A DNA stretch of 64,000 nucleotides from Escherichia phage vB_EcoM-G157lw. The stretch lies in the sequence record OK331996.1; one strand, given 5' to 3'. Within the stretch, counting starts at the first letter, position 1. Each line of letters opens with the position of its first letter. The position numbers and the translations under genes were made by a program. Shown here piece by piece: positions 10,238 through 20,071 of the stretch. Below the pieces are notes generated by a model that searched no databases, was not told where the DNA came from, and saw only the letters and a list, made by a program, of their open reading frames with translations.

Positions 10238-10330
10238 GGTATCTAGGCCTTTCCAGGCCTCTCTAGACATCATTTAGTTTCTACCCTTTATAATATATTA
10301 TCCTATCCTTTGATTTCCCCTCCCTGCCCT

Positions 10331-10443
10331 AGAATTCCCCAAAACTTTTTAAAAATTTTTTCACAAAACTGTTTACATCCTTGTCCTTCCATGGTACTAT
10401 ACAACTATCAACTACTGATACAGAAAACAACTTGGAGAATGAA
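10331..10443 (+). repeat. promoter-leader module copy A (early promoter plus conserved leader GGTACTATACAACTATCAACTACTGATACAG)
   Basis: Near-identical copies at 25195, 27351 and 53045; the GTTTAC -35 hexamer within this copy is at 10371-10376. Confidence 0.75.
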
Positions 10444-10707
10444 ATGGATAATTACGGTGAACTGTTCAACTTCTTTATGAAATGTGTTTCAGAAGATTTC
10501 GGTCGTACGGTGAATGATATTAAAGTTATCGGTCCTGATCATCCGATGTTTGAAACCTATGCAGTAATGGGTAATGAAGATGGTCAGTGGTATACTGTAA
10601 AGGTTGTGATTAACATGTTCACTGCTGAAGGTTATGTTAAACTGTCTTCTAAAGTTTACCATGATAACGACGAAATCGCAGAAGAATATTTCAATAATAT
10701 GAAATAA
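10444..10707 (+). CDS. hypothetical acidic protein, 87 aa
   Basis: ATG 8 nt after GGAG; track ORF N-terminus is an artefact of translating the leader. Confidence 0.6.
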   Translation: MDNYGELFNFFMKCVSEDFGRTVNDIKVIGPDHPMFETYAVMGNEDGQWYTVKVVINMFTAEGYVKLSSKVYHDNDEIAEEYFNNMK

Positions 10708-10763
10708 GTTTACATAGGCTCATGATTGAGATATTATGAGCCTATAATTTGAGGAAAACTGTT

Positions 10764-11282
10764 ATGTCTCTTTATACCGAACTGAATGAAACTTCCGAAA
10801 AATCTTTTGATGGTATCTTATCAATAATGCAAAAGCAGGTATTAGAAGAGCTTAGTGAAGCCGCAAGCAATGGGTACAAAGCTTGTCGAGTTCAAAGCCC
10901 ACATCGCCGCATGTATGAACGCCCTCTTATTAATTGGCTAGAAAGCGAAGGTCTTACGGTTAAGATTTGCCCTGCTAAATTTGATGTTCCACGTATTCTT
11001 AATATTTACTGGGATAAACCGGTTGAGAAAAGTGACACTTGGGTTGTTAATGTAAAAACATGCGATAATGGATGCTCACTTGAGGTGTCTGCTGTAATTA
11101 AAGGCACCCATGGTGAAAAATCGTGGGGTTGGCCTGGTAAAGATAAAGAAATCGTGTTAAGTGTAAAAGCTACTAGTATTAGTACTCCTATAGCTAAAAG
11201 CATTATCACTGCCGCTGTTGAAGAAGCTGAACGAATTTGTAAAATTAAAAATAGTTTACATCTCTTAAGTAGCATGATATAA
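10764..11282 (+). CDS. hypothetical protein, 172 aa
   Basis: ATG after GAGGAAA; preceded by perfect inverted repeat aggctcat...atgagcct. Confidence 0.6.
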   Translation: MSLYTELNETSEKSFDGILSIMQKQVLEELSEAASNGYKACRVQSPHRRMYERPLINWLESEGLTVKICPAKFDVPRILNIYWDKPVEKSDTWVVNVKTCDNGCSLEVSAVIKGTHGEKSWGWPGKDKEIVLSVKATSISTPIAKSIITAAVEEAERICKIKNSLHLLSSMI

Positions 11283-11325
11283 TTCTTCTGCAGATTTTAA
11301 TTTCTAATCAACCTAAGGAAATACT

Positions 11326-11919
11326 ATGAACACACTGAAGAAAATTGTTGAGTTTATTCGCACTAAACTTGGTTCTGCTATGGCTAAAAATCTATCTGTT
11401 GAAGAGCAGTATACTGCCGCAGCAGCAAAATTGCTTGATAAAATTAAAGATCTAAAAACTGCTTCTGTTAAATCTATTAATGAAGAAAAGCGTATTCGTG
11501 AACTTATTGTCGAAAAGAATAAGCAGGCCGAATCAAAAGAGCGTGAAATTCGCAAGCTCCTTTCTGAAGGTCAAGATGTAACAATGCATGCTAAACTCGG
11601 TTTACTATATCGTCGAACAGCTGAGCAGTTGACTACTAAAGCTGATGGTTATGCTGAAATGCGAATTGAAATCGCCAAGAAAGTAGTTGAGTTAGATGAT
11701 GCTCGCCAAGAACTTGCAGTTAAATTGGAATATATCCGTGAAACTCGCGCCGCGAATGCCCTTGGAATTAGTACTGCTGATGATGTAGTTGAAATTGCAG
11801 CACTGACTAAGGTTGATATTGAAGATACTCTTGCTCGAGTTGAAACCTTTAATGGTAATATTTCTGGGGTTGAAACTACCTCTGCCGATGTTCAGGAATA
11901 TATTAATTCTCTGAAATAA
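11326..11919 (+). CDS. hypothetical coiled-coil protein, 197 aa
   Basis: Track ORF; heptad-rich, charged. Confidence 0.6.
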
Positions 11920-11924
11920 TGATA

Positions 11925-11940
11925 AGGGGCTTCGGCCCCT
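11925..11940 (+). terminator. UUCG-tetraloop hairpin
   Basis: aggggcttcggcccct. Confidence 0.5.
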
Positions 11941-11960
11941 ATTACTTGGAGTAAGTAGGA

Positions 11961-12569
11961 ATGAAAATGCAAAGTGATTTCAATTCAATGTTTGAAGAGT
12001 TCCAAAGACAGGTTGATGTTCCAGACCAATTATTAAATGCTCTTAAACGTATGGCAGAAGGACGTAATTATTATTGGGGTTCTTCATATGAAACTGTTGA
12101 AAATCTTTCTGGAAGATTTTCTAGAGGTAAAAAGTCTTTAATACGTCCTGGAATACTTATTAACAGTATTGAATCAATTCATTTATTAACATGCGATTTT
12201 GACGTTGAATTTACTGATTTTGTTTCTCCTGAATGGACGGTCTGTTATTTAAACGACGATTATGATTATCTTGGCGTTTATAGTTTAAGTGATGCATGGT
12301 TTAAACGTAATTTACAAAAGTCAAATTTATTCTATATTGATACTACTGTAAAATTTCAGGGCAAGAAATATTTCTTTACTCTTATAGTTGACTCTGAAAC
12401 AAAATATGAAAATAAACGTATTCTTAGTAAAAAGAATATCTTAACTATTGTCGATGATCTTTTTGATAAATTCGTAGAAAATCCCAATTTTGAAAGCGAT
12501 TTATTATTAGAAAAATTTGTTAAGGAATGTAGAGAATATGTCAAAACCATCACTATACCTTCCAAGTAA
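11961..12569 (+). CDS. hypothetical protein, 202 aa, C-terminal FVKECR motif; first member of paralog array
   Basis: Track ORF; 3-prime end carries the conserved junction. Confidence 0.6.
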   Translation: MKMQSDFNSMFEEFQRQVDVPDQLLNALKRMAEGRNYYWGSSYETVENLSGRFSRGKKSLIRPGILINSIESIHLLTCDFDVEFTDFVSPEWTVCYLNDDYDYLGVYSLSDAWFKRNLQKSNLFYIDTTVKFQGKKYFFTLIVDSETKYENKRILSKKNILTIVDDLFDKFVENPNFESDLLLEKFVKECREYVKTITIPSK

Positions 12570-12930
12570 ACCGTTGAAGTATGAATTAAAGCGTCAGATA
12601 ATTTCTACTGATGTGTTAATAGGTCCTGTGGTAGTTGTATCATTTGTGATTCTGGTGATTGCTGGAATGGTTATAGACGTTATGACTGATATTGAATCTG
12701 GTGCAATATTTGGAGCAACACTAATTCTTCCGTTGGTAGTTCCGCTTTTATTAGTACCTATAAATTGGATAGGATATTGGTATCAAGGAAGACACTATCG
12801 TAAACGTGTACGTGATTGGAAAGCTCAGTGTAAAAAGATTAAAAAGGAACATCAGCTTAAACTTGCTGCGCATGAATTTGATGAAATTATGAAATTTGTT
12901 AAGGAATCACGATGCAAAAGCCAAAACTAA
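12538..12930 (+). CDS. small membrane protein (two TM), 130 aa, C-terminal FVKESRCK
   Basis: ATG 12538 placed after the AAGGAA embedded in the upstream gene end. Confidence 0.55.
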   Translation: MSKPSLYLPSKPLKYELKRQIISTDVLIGPVVVVSFVILVIAGMVIDVMTDIESGAIFGATLILPLVVPLLLVPINWIGYWYQGRHYRKRVRDWKAQCKKIKKEHQLKLAAHEFDEIMKFVKESRCKSQN

Positions 12931-13286
12931 ATAAAGTCAAATATTCTCTTCCTGAGTCATTTTTAATTTTTACTGTAGCGTTGGCTGCATCTCTTGCGGG
13001 TAGTCTTTTTGGATTGTTAATTGACTGTCTTATTTTAAACATCCGTAGTAACGTCAGCGGTATAATAGATATAATAGAAGTTTGGAGTGAACTTCATTAT
13101 ACTATAGCGATTTCATTATTTTCATTCTTTGGTACAATGTTATATTTTCATTATGATAATTTTAAAATAAATTGGCAAAGAAAAAAAGATTACAAAATAC
13201 AATTAAAGGAATATAATAGCTACATGTCTTATATTGAAAAAGAATCAATGGAAGAGTTTGTGAGTGATTGTAGGAAAATTAAATGA
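12912..13286 (+). CDS. small membrane protein (two TM), 124 aa, C-terminal FVSDCRKIK
   Basis: Track ORF; start embedded in the RC codons of the upstream gene. Confidence 0.6.
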   Translation: MQKPKLNKVKYSLPESFLIFTVALAASLAGSLFGLLIDCLILNIRSNVSGIIDIIEVWSELHYTIAISLFSFFGTMLYFHYDNFKINWQRKKDYKIQLKEYNSYMSYIEKESMEEFVSDCRKIK

Positions 13287-13767
13287 TTTTAAAAACTCGC
13301 TGGTATGATTTAGATGATGGGGATGATGGCATTTCAGTTGATAGAGTTGACTGGAATGGTTGTTCCGAAGATATGAAAAATTTGTTGATTAGGGAGTTTA
13401 GAATGGGATATCAAGCAGCTAAGCCATCTATTATAACAGATGATAAATTCGTGTGTATTCATAATGGTCGCGCTAAGTTAACGAACGCTGATTGGTTCAC
13501 AGATAAAATTATGATTCTGTGGTATATTATTAGTCTTCCTGTGACATCATTCGTATTTTACTTTTTTATAAAAAATCCAATGGACAGAATAGGAGATTGG
13601 ATTCTTTTAACCATACTTGTTAATATTTTTACTGCAGCAATATTATCTGGGATATGGTGCGTGTTCATTGAAATGCCATGGCGGCTACGCAGACAGCAAA
13701 AGATTTTTGATGAAAAGAAATACACTCAAAATTTAAATAACTTTATCACTGAATGCAGGAAATTAAA

Positions 13768-13771
<4 letters not shown>
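13283..13771 (+). CDS. small membrane protein (two TM), 162 aa, C-terminal FITECRKLK
   Basis: ATGA overlap with the upstream gene; track ORF. Confidence 0.6.
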
Positions 13772-14780
<1,009 letters not shown>

Positions 14781-14828
14781 AGTTGCTTGAAGAGACAAAT
14801 TACTAATTAAAATATTTAAAGGAAACCC

Positions 14829-15302
14829 ATGAAAACATATCAAGAATTTATCACTGAAGCAGCTATTAATTCTCAAATTATTGCTGAATCTTTTACTGAT
14901 CTTTTGAAATTTAAAAAAGGTCAAAAAATTACTGCTGTATTGGATGATGGTACAGAAGTTGAGATGGATGTACAGGGATATAATTATGCAGTAGATGGAA
15001 AATTGTATAATAAATCTCATGCTAAATTTGATTCATTTGACGACTTTGTTAATGCAGTTGAAGATGAAAAAACTCGTCGATCCATTGCAACTGGTGATGC
15101 TAAGGTTCTTATGGCACATGGTCATGAACGCATTCGCGCTAAACAGAATAAAATGGGTGAAGATAATTTTGCATTAGTTGGTTATCAATCTGGTAAACAA
15201 ACCTATGGTTATCAGCGTACTGCTACCATGTATAATAAAAATGGTAAAATTGCCTTTGTGAATAGTAAAGGTTCTATTCAGTACGTTAAATCGTTCAAAT
15301 AA
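14829..15302 (+). CDS. internal protein (ipII/ipIII locus) with canonical CTS, 157 aa
   Basis: N-terminus MKTYQEFITEAAINSQIIAE; follows gene e as the ip genes do in T4. Confidence 0.75.
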   Translation: MKTYQEFITEAAINSQIIAESFTDLLKFKKGQKITAVLDDGTEVEMDVQGYNYAVDGKLYNKSHAKFDSFDDFVNAVEDEKTRRSIATGDAKVLMAHGHERIRAKQNKMGEDNFALVGYQSGKQTYGYQRTATMYNKNGKIAFVNSKGSIQYVKSFK

Positions 15303-15442
15303 TATGGGAACAACCTGGACCTCATGATTCTATGAGGGATTCCCGCCAACCTGTAATAAGGTCGAGTCCAGGTGCGGTAATGGGTAAATACAGAAATGGA
15401 CAATTCATGCGCCATGGAATGGCCCAAACTTAGAGAGAAGAA

Positions 15443-15982
15443 ATGAGAACATTTTTAACTGGTCCTTATCTATCCCTGATGAATGCTTTTACACACCATT
15501 CTGATGCTAGAGTAGAAGAAATTTGTAAAAACGAATATATCCCGCCATTTGAAGAATTACTTAAACAGTACTGCACACTTCGACTAGACGGTGGACGTCA
15601 ATCTGGTAAATCAATTGCTGTGACTAACTTTGCTGCTAATTGGCTGTATGATGGCGGAACAGTTATTGTTCTTTCTAATACTTCAGCTTACGCTAAAATT
15701 TCTGCAAATAACATTAAAAAGGAATTTTCGCGTTATTCTAATGATGATATACGTTTTCGTTTATTTACTGATTCTGTGCGCAGTTTTATTGGTAATAAAG
15801 GAAGCAAGTTCAGAGGTTTATCGCTTTCGCGAATTTTGTATATAATTGATGAGCCTGTCAAATCTCCTGATATGGATAAGATTTATAGTGTCCATATTGA
15901 CACTGTACACTACTGCTGTAATAGTAAATGTTGCATTGGTGGTATTACTCGTCCTCAATTTTTTGTGATTGGAATGCAATGA
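15443..15982 (+). CDS. small P-loop NTPase-like protein, 179 aa
   Basis: Walker A-like GGRQSGKS and Walker B-like ILYIIDEP. Confidence 0.6.
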   Translation: MRTFLTGPYLSLMNAFTHHSDARVEEICKNEYIPPFEELLKQYCTLRLDGGRQSGKSIAVTNFAANWLYDGGTVIVLSNTSAYAKISANNIKKEFSRYSNDDIRFRLFTDSVRSFIGNKGSKFRGLSLSRILYIIDEPVKSPDMDKIYSVHIDTVHYCCNSKCCIGGITRPQFFVIGMQ

Positions 15983-16308
15983 TGACAGACACTCAGCTTT
16001 TCGAATATCTTTATTTTTCGCCAAAAACTATTAAAAATAAATTGGTGAATCATTTTGAAATTTTGGCAAAAAATAACATTTTAAGCGAATTTTATCCTAA
16101 GCAATACAAATTACAAAAAGGCGTATTCAAAGGATGCAGAGTTTTATGTACTGCTCCTAATGCACGGCTAATGAATAAAATTCCATATTTTACCATGGAA
16201 TTTATTGATGGGCCTTTTAAAGGACTAATCACACAGAGTTTAATGGCATATGATTCTGAGCCATTTTTAATTAAAGAACAATCTTGGATAAATTTATTTT
16301 CTAATTGA
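15979..16308 (+). CDS. hypothetical protein, 109 aa
   Basis: ATGATGA stop/start overlap with upstream gene. Confidence 0.5.
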   Translation: MMTDTQLFEYLYFSPKTIKNKLVNHFEILAKNNILSEFYPKQYKLQKGVFKGCRVLCTAPNARLMNKIPYFTMEFIDGPFKGLITQSLMAYDSEPFLIKEQSWINLFSN

Positions 16309-16315
16309 GGTTTAT

Positions 16316-16678
16316 ATGAAAGCATATCAAATTCTTGAAGGCACACATAAAGGTACTATTTATTTTGAAGATGGTATTCAAGCACGAATTATTGTCTCCA
16401 AAACCTTTAAAGAGGACTCTTTTGTAGACCCAGAAATTTTCTACGGTTTGCATGCCCGTGAAATTGAAATTGAGCAACAGCCTACAGTTAAAATTGAAGG
16501 TGGTCAACACCTGAACGTTAACGTTCTGCGTCGCGAAACTCTGGAAGATGCAGTTAAGCATCCGGAAAAATATCCGCAGCTGACCATCCGTGTATCCGGT
16601 TATGCAGTTCGCTTTAACTCTCTGACTCCGGAACAGCAGCGCGACGTTATCGCTCGTACCTTTACCGAGAGTTTGTAA
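16316..16678 (+). CDS. autonomous glycyl radical cofactor (GrcA/YfiD-like; T4 Y06I homolog), 120 aa
   Basis: Glycyl radical motif [25 protein letters not shown]. Confidence 0.85.
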   Translation: MKAYQILEGTHKGTIYFEDGIQARIIVSKTFKEDSFVDPEIFYGLHAREIEIEQQPTVKIEGGQHLNVNVLRRETLEDAVKHPEKYPQLTIRVSGYAVRFNSLTPEQQRDVIARTFTESL

Positions 16679-16899
16679 TGGCAAAGATAATTATTGAAGG
16701 TTCTAAAGATGTGCTAAATGCTTTCGCAGAATGGTTTAGTAATTCAGGCGAACAGCAATTTAATGAAGCGTGGAACATGGGTGATATTAATGGAATTTAT
16801 CCTACGACAGAAATTTCTGTTCAAGGATATGGCATTCATGAACCTATTCGTTTAGTTGAATATGATTTATGTACTGGTGAGGAAGTCAAATATGATTGA
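16678..16899 (+). CDS. hypothetical protein, 73 aa
   Basis: Track ORF, TAATG-coupled to the preceding gene. Confidence 0.5.
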   Translation: MAKIIIEGSKDVLNAFAEWFSNSGEQQFNEAWNMGDINGIYPTTEISVQGYGIHEPIRLVEYDLCTGEEVKYD

Positions 16900-17158
16900 A
16901 GACATTAAAGGTTATAAGCCGCATACTGAAGAGAAAATCGGTAAAGTGAATGCTATTAAAGACGCTGAAGTTCGTTTAGGACTTATCTTTGACGCTTTAT
17001 ACGATGAATTCTGGGAAGCACTAGATAATTGTGAAGATGATGAACTCGCGAAGAATTATGCTGAAAGCCTCGATCAGTTAACTATTGCTAAAACGAAACT
17101 CAAAGAAGCCAGTATGTGGGCTTGTCGTGCAGTGTTCAAACCAGAGGAAAAATACTAA
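16892..17158 (+). CDS. hypothetical protein, 88 aa
   Basis: ATG after GGTGAGGAAG, overlapping upstream stop. Confidence 0.5.
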   Translation: MIEDIKGYKPHTEEKIGKVNAIKDAEVRLGLIFDALYDEFWEALDNCEDDELAKNYAESLDQLTIAKTKLKEASMWACRAVFKPEEKY

Positions 17159-17436
17159 TGGCGCAATTAAGTGCAGGGTTTGGTTATGAGTATTATACTG
17201 CACCTCGTCGTGTATCTGCCGCTTCTAAGAAAATTCAAAGTCTTGATGACTTCCAGGAAGTAGTCCGTAAAGCTTTTCAGGACTATGCACGTTATCTTAA
17301 AGAAGATTCACAGGACTGTCTCGAAGAAGATGAAATTGCTTACTATGAGCAGCGTCTTGAACAGCTTAAAAACTTACATGAGGTTCGTGCAGAAGTTTCA
17401 AAGTCTATGAATAAATTGATTAGATTTAAAGAATAA
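17158..17436 (+). CDS. hypothetical protein, 92 aa
   Basis: TAATG overlap. Confidence 0.5.
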   Translation: MAQLSAGFGYEYYTAPRRVSAASKKIQSLDDFQEVVRKAFQDYARYLKEDSQDCLEEDEIAYYEQRLEQLKNLHEVRAEVSKSMNKLIRFKE

Positions 17437-17475
17437 CTGTTTACTTTTCCTCTTGACTGTGGTATAATTTTTCTA
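17430..17475 (+). promoter_or_regulatory. T4-type early promoter for regB
   Basis: actGTTTACttttcctcttgactgtggTATAAT. Confidence 0.6.
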
Positions 17476-17495
17476 TCAGTTAAGAGGAGAATAAC

Positions 17496-17957
17496 ATGAC
17501 TATCAATACAGAAGTTTTTATCCGTCGAAATAAGCTTCGTCGTCACTTTGAGTCGGAGTTTCGTCAAATTAACAATGAGATTCGTGAGGCATCAAAAGCA
17601 GCAGGGGTCTCATCGTTTCATCTAAAATATTCTCAGCATCTTCTTGATCGTGCAATTCAACGGGAGATTGATGAGACATATGTTTTTGAATTATTCCATA
17701 AAATAAAAGATCATGTTTTAGAAGTTAATGAATTCCTGAGTATGCCTCCGCGTCCTGACATTGACGAGGATTTTATTGATGGGGTTGAATATCGTCCTGG
17801 ACGTTTAGAAATCACAGATGGAAATCTTTGGCTTGGATTTACAGTTTGTAAGCCTAATGAGAAGTTCAAAAACCCGTCACTTCAATGCAGGATGGCAATT
17901 ATCAACAGTCGTCGTTTACCAGGAAAGGCTTCTAAAGCAGTAATTAAAACTCAATGA
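17496..17957 (+). CDS. regB: RegB site-specific endoribonuclease, 153 aa
   Basis: MTINTEVFIRRNKLRRHFESEFRQINNEIREASK recalled as T4 RegB; same size. Confidence 0.85.
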   Translation: MTINTEVFIRRNKLRRHFESEFRQINNEIREASKAAGVSSFHLKYSQHLLDRAIQREIDETYVFELFHKIKDHVLEVNEFLSMPPRPDIDEDFIDGVEYRPGRLEITDGNLWLGFTVCKPNEKFKNPSLQCRMAIINSRRLPGKASKAVIKTQ

Positions 17958-17964
17958 GGTAAAC

Positions 17965-18510
17965 ATGAGAAAAGCACTACTCGCTGGTCTATTGGCCATT
18001 TCAATGATGGCACATAGCTCCGAGCATACTTTCAGTAATGTCCAACTCGATAACATGCGTTACGCGTATCAATTCGGGGAACAATTTTCTAAGGATGGAA
18101 AATATAAAACACACAAAAATATCCACAAGAGCGGATTAGGTCATATAATGGCTGCTATTTTATGGCAAGAAAGCTCTGGCGGAGTTAATTTAAAATCTAA
18201 ACCAAAGCATCACGCCTATGGAATGTTCCAAAATTATTTGCCTACTATGCGAGCAAGAGTTAAGGAACTTGGTTATAATATGACCGATGCTGAAATAAAA
18301 AGAATGTTGAATAAACGGTCCAATTCAGCTTCCTGGGCGTACATTGAACTTTCTTATTGGTTAAATATACATAAGGGCGATATAAGAAAAGCAATATCCT
18401 CTTATAATTCGGGATGGAATGTTAAAGCAGGTTCTAAATATGCTTCTGAAGTCCTAGAAAAGGCTAATTACCTTAAAAATAATAAACTTTTGGAAATAGT
18501 AAATGACTAA
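17965..18510 (+). CDS. secreted lytic-transglycosylase-like protein (vs.1 position), 181 aa
   Basis: Signal peptide; SLT-like ILWQESSGG ... YGMFQ. Confidence 0.65.
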   Translation: MRKALLAGLLAISMMAHSSEHTFSNVQLDNMRYAYQFGEQFSKDGKYKTHKNIHKSGLGHIMAAILWQESSGGVNLKSKPKHHAYGMFQNYLPTMRARVKELGYNMTDAEIKRMLNKRSNSASWAYIELSYWLNIHKGDIRKAISSYNSGWNVKAGSKYASEVLEKANYLKNNKLLEIVND

Positions 18511-18844
18511 AATTTTGGTTTTATGTATAGGATTAATTTCATTTTCTGCGTTAGCAGATACATCATATACTGAAATTAGAGAGTATGTAAACCGTACTGC
18601 AGCGGATTATTGCGGGAAAAATAAAGCATGCCAAGCTGAATTTGCGCAGAAATTAATATATGCATATAAAGACGGAGAAAGAGATAAATCAAGCAGATAC
18701 AAAAATGATACATTGTTAAAACGATATGCTAAAAAGTGGAATACCTTAGAATGTTCAGTTGCGGAGGAGAAAGATAAAGCCGCTTGTCATTCAATGGTTG
18801 ACCGTTTGGTAGATTCTTATAATCGAGGATTGAGTACTAGATGA
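18503..18844 (+). CDS. secreted protein (T4 vs position), 113 aa
   Basis: Signal peptide; position between vs.1-like gene and macro-domain gene. Confidence 0.55.
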   Translation: MTKILVLCIGLISFSALADTSYTEIREYVNRTAADYCGKNKACQAEFAQKLIYAYKDGERDKSSRYKNDTLLKRYAKKWNTLECSVAEEKDKAACHSMVDRLVDSYNRGLSTR

Positions 18845-19320
18845 TTGTAAAATATATCAAGGGCGATATTGTCGCCCTATTTCTTCAAGGTAATATTATT
18901 GCGCACGGGTGCAATTGTTTTCATACTATGGGTTCAGGTGTAGCGGGTCAATTAGCAAGAGCCTATCCCAAAATTTTAGAAATAGATAAAACCACTACTG
19001 AGTACGGTTCTCGTGATAAATTAGGCGATATGTCTATTATTTTTAAACATAAACCTAATGGTTTTGGCATATGTTATAACTTGTATACGCAATACGAACC
19101 AGGTCCTAATCTTGATTATGGTGCTTTAGTAAACTGCATGATAGAATTAAATCTACAGGCAGAAACCCTTTTGTTTAAACCAGTAATTTACATTCCACGC
19201 ATAGGTTGTGGTATTGCTGGCGGCGATTGGGATAAGGTTTCTAAATTAATCGACATGTTTACTCCTGATATTGATTTAATAGTGGTGGATTATGAAAGTA
19301 CATTACCCACATCCGTTTGA
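18841..19320 (+). CDS. macro-domain (ADP-ribose binding/processing) protein, 159 aa
   Basis: HGCNCFHTMGSGVAGQLA and IGCGIAGGDW resemble macro-domain glycine-rich motifs. Confidence 0.65.
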   Translation: MIVKYIKGDIVALFLQGNIIAHGCNCFHTMGSGVAGQLARAYPKILEIDKTTTEYGSRDKLGDMSIIFKHKPNGFGICYNLYTQYEPGPNLDYGALVNCMIELNLQAETLLFKPVIYIPRIGCGIAGGDWDKVSKLIDMFTPDIDLIVVDYESTLPTSV

Positions 19321-19504
19321 TCCTAAAAACAAAGTGGAAATTATTCGTCAATGGGAACGCATTTGCCGTACTAAATGTCCAATTAATAGTCCACATGATG
19401 TAGATAAAGACTACATTGGAACATTCGTTGAATATACCTTTATTGATAAGAAAGGTCGTAAACAACATGTAGAAGAATATTGCTTAAAGGTTACATGGTT
19501 ATGA
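19292..19504 (+). CDS. hypothetical protein, 70 aa
   Basis: Track ORF. Confidence 0.45.
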   Translation: MKVHYPHPFDPKNKVEIIRQWERICRTKCPINSPHDVDKDYIGTFVEYTFIDKKGRKQHVEEYCLKVTWL

Positions 19505-19707
19505 GCCAAACTAGTATTCTTAAAAATGCCCACTGTGAAAAGTGTAAGTGGCCTGTTGTTTTTGCTTTATGTAATGATGAAATGGCTTGTGATTTCGATT
19601 ATTGGTGCTATTGTTCTAATAAAGGATGCATCAATCATAAAGGTGAAGGATTTTATTCGGGATTTTATCCTTATCCTGATTTCGTTAAAGAAGGTAAACC
19701 AAAATGA
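19501..19707 (+). CDS. Cys-rich small protein (putative zinc binding), 68 aa
   Basis: ATGA overlap; 10 Cys in CxxC-like spacing. Confidence 0.5.
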   Translation: MSQTSILKNAHCEKCKWPVVFALCNDEMACDFDYWCYCSNKGCINHKGEGFYSGFYPYPDFVKEGKPK

Positions 19708-19880
19708 ATGATGATTTAAAATATCAATTATTACGTGAACTTGATGTTTTGATTGAACTTTCTGCACAAAAAGGATTTATAATTGGATCGGGTCAAAAAG
19801 ACCCCAACGGTCATTCAATCGTAGCGGTTATGAATCAGAAACGAGTCATTTTAAAACTTTTGGGGATTGACATACTGTGA
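19704..19880 (+). CDS. hypothetical protein, 58 aa
   Basis: ATG overlapping upstream stop; below track length cutoff. Confidence 0.4.
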   Translation: MNDDLKYQLLRELDVLIELSAQKGFIIGSGQKDPNGHSIVAVMNQKRVILKLLGIDIL

Positions 19881-20062
19881 GCCTAAGCAAAGAACAAAAA
19901 GATAAATTGTTTGAGCTTATCCATGAACTTCTAGATGAGCATGCAGAAGCAAACACCTTTTATGATGAATACGGCCCGCTATCTCCCGAACAGCAGGAAG
20001 AATTTGCTGATCGGTTTGATAAGAAAGAAAATGAATTAATAGCTTATGTGAATACGCTTTAA
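19877..20062 (+). CDS. hypothetical acidic protein, 61 aa (GTG start)
   Basis: Track ORF; GTGA overlap with upstream ORF. Confidence 0.4.
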   Translation: MSLSKEQKDKLFELIHELLDEHAEANTFYDEYGPLSPEQQEEFADRFDKKENELIAYVNTL

Positions 20063-20071
20063 GAAGGTGAT

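Noticed and set aside
10381-10443. N-terminal extensions of track ORFs 10381, 25273, 27354 and 53129 that all read GTIQLSTT
   Set aside because: They translate the conserved promoter-leader DNA from TTG/GTG codons; the real starts are the ATGs 8-12 nt after the leader GGAG.
15630-15845. Hydrophobic 71-aa ORF inside the P-loop gene
   Set aside because: Alternative frame of 15443-15982 with no RBS; hydrophobicity is a by-product of the AT-rich frame.
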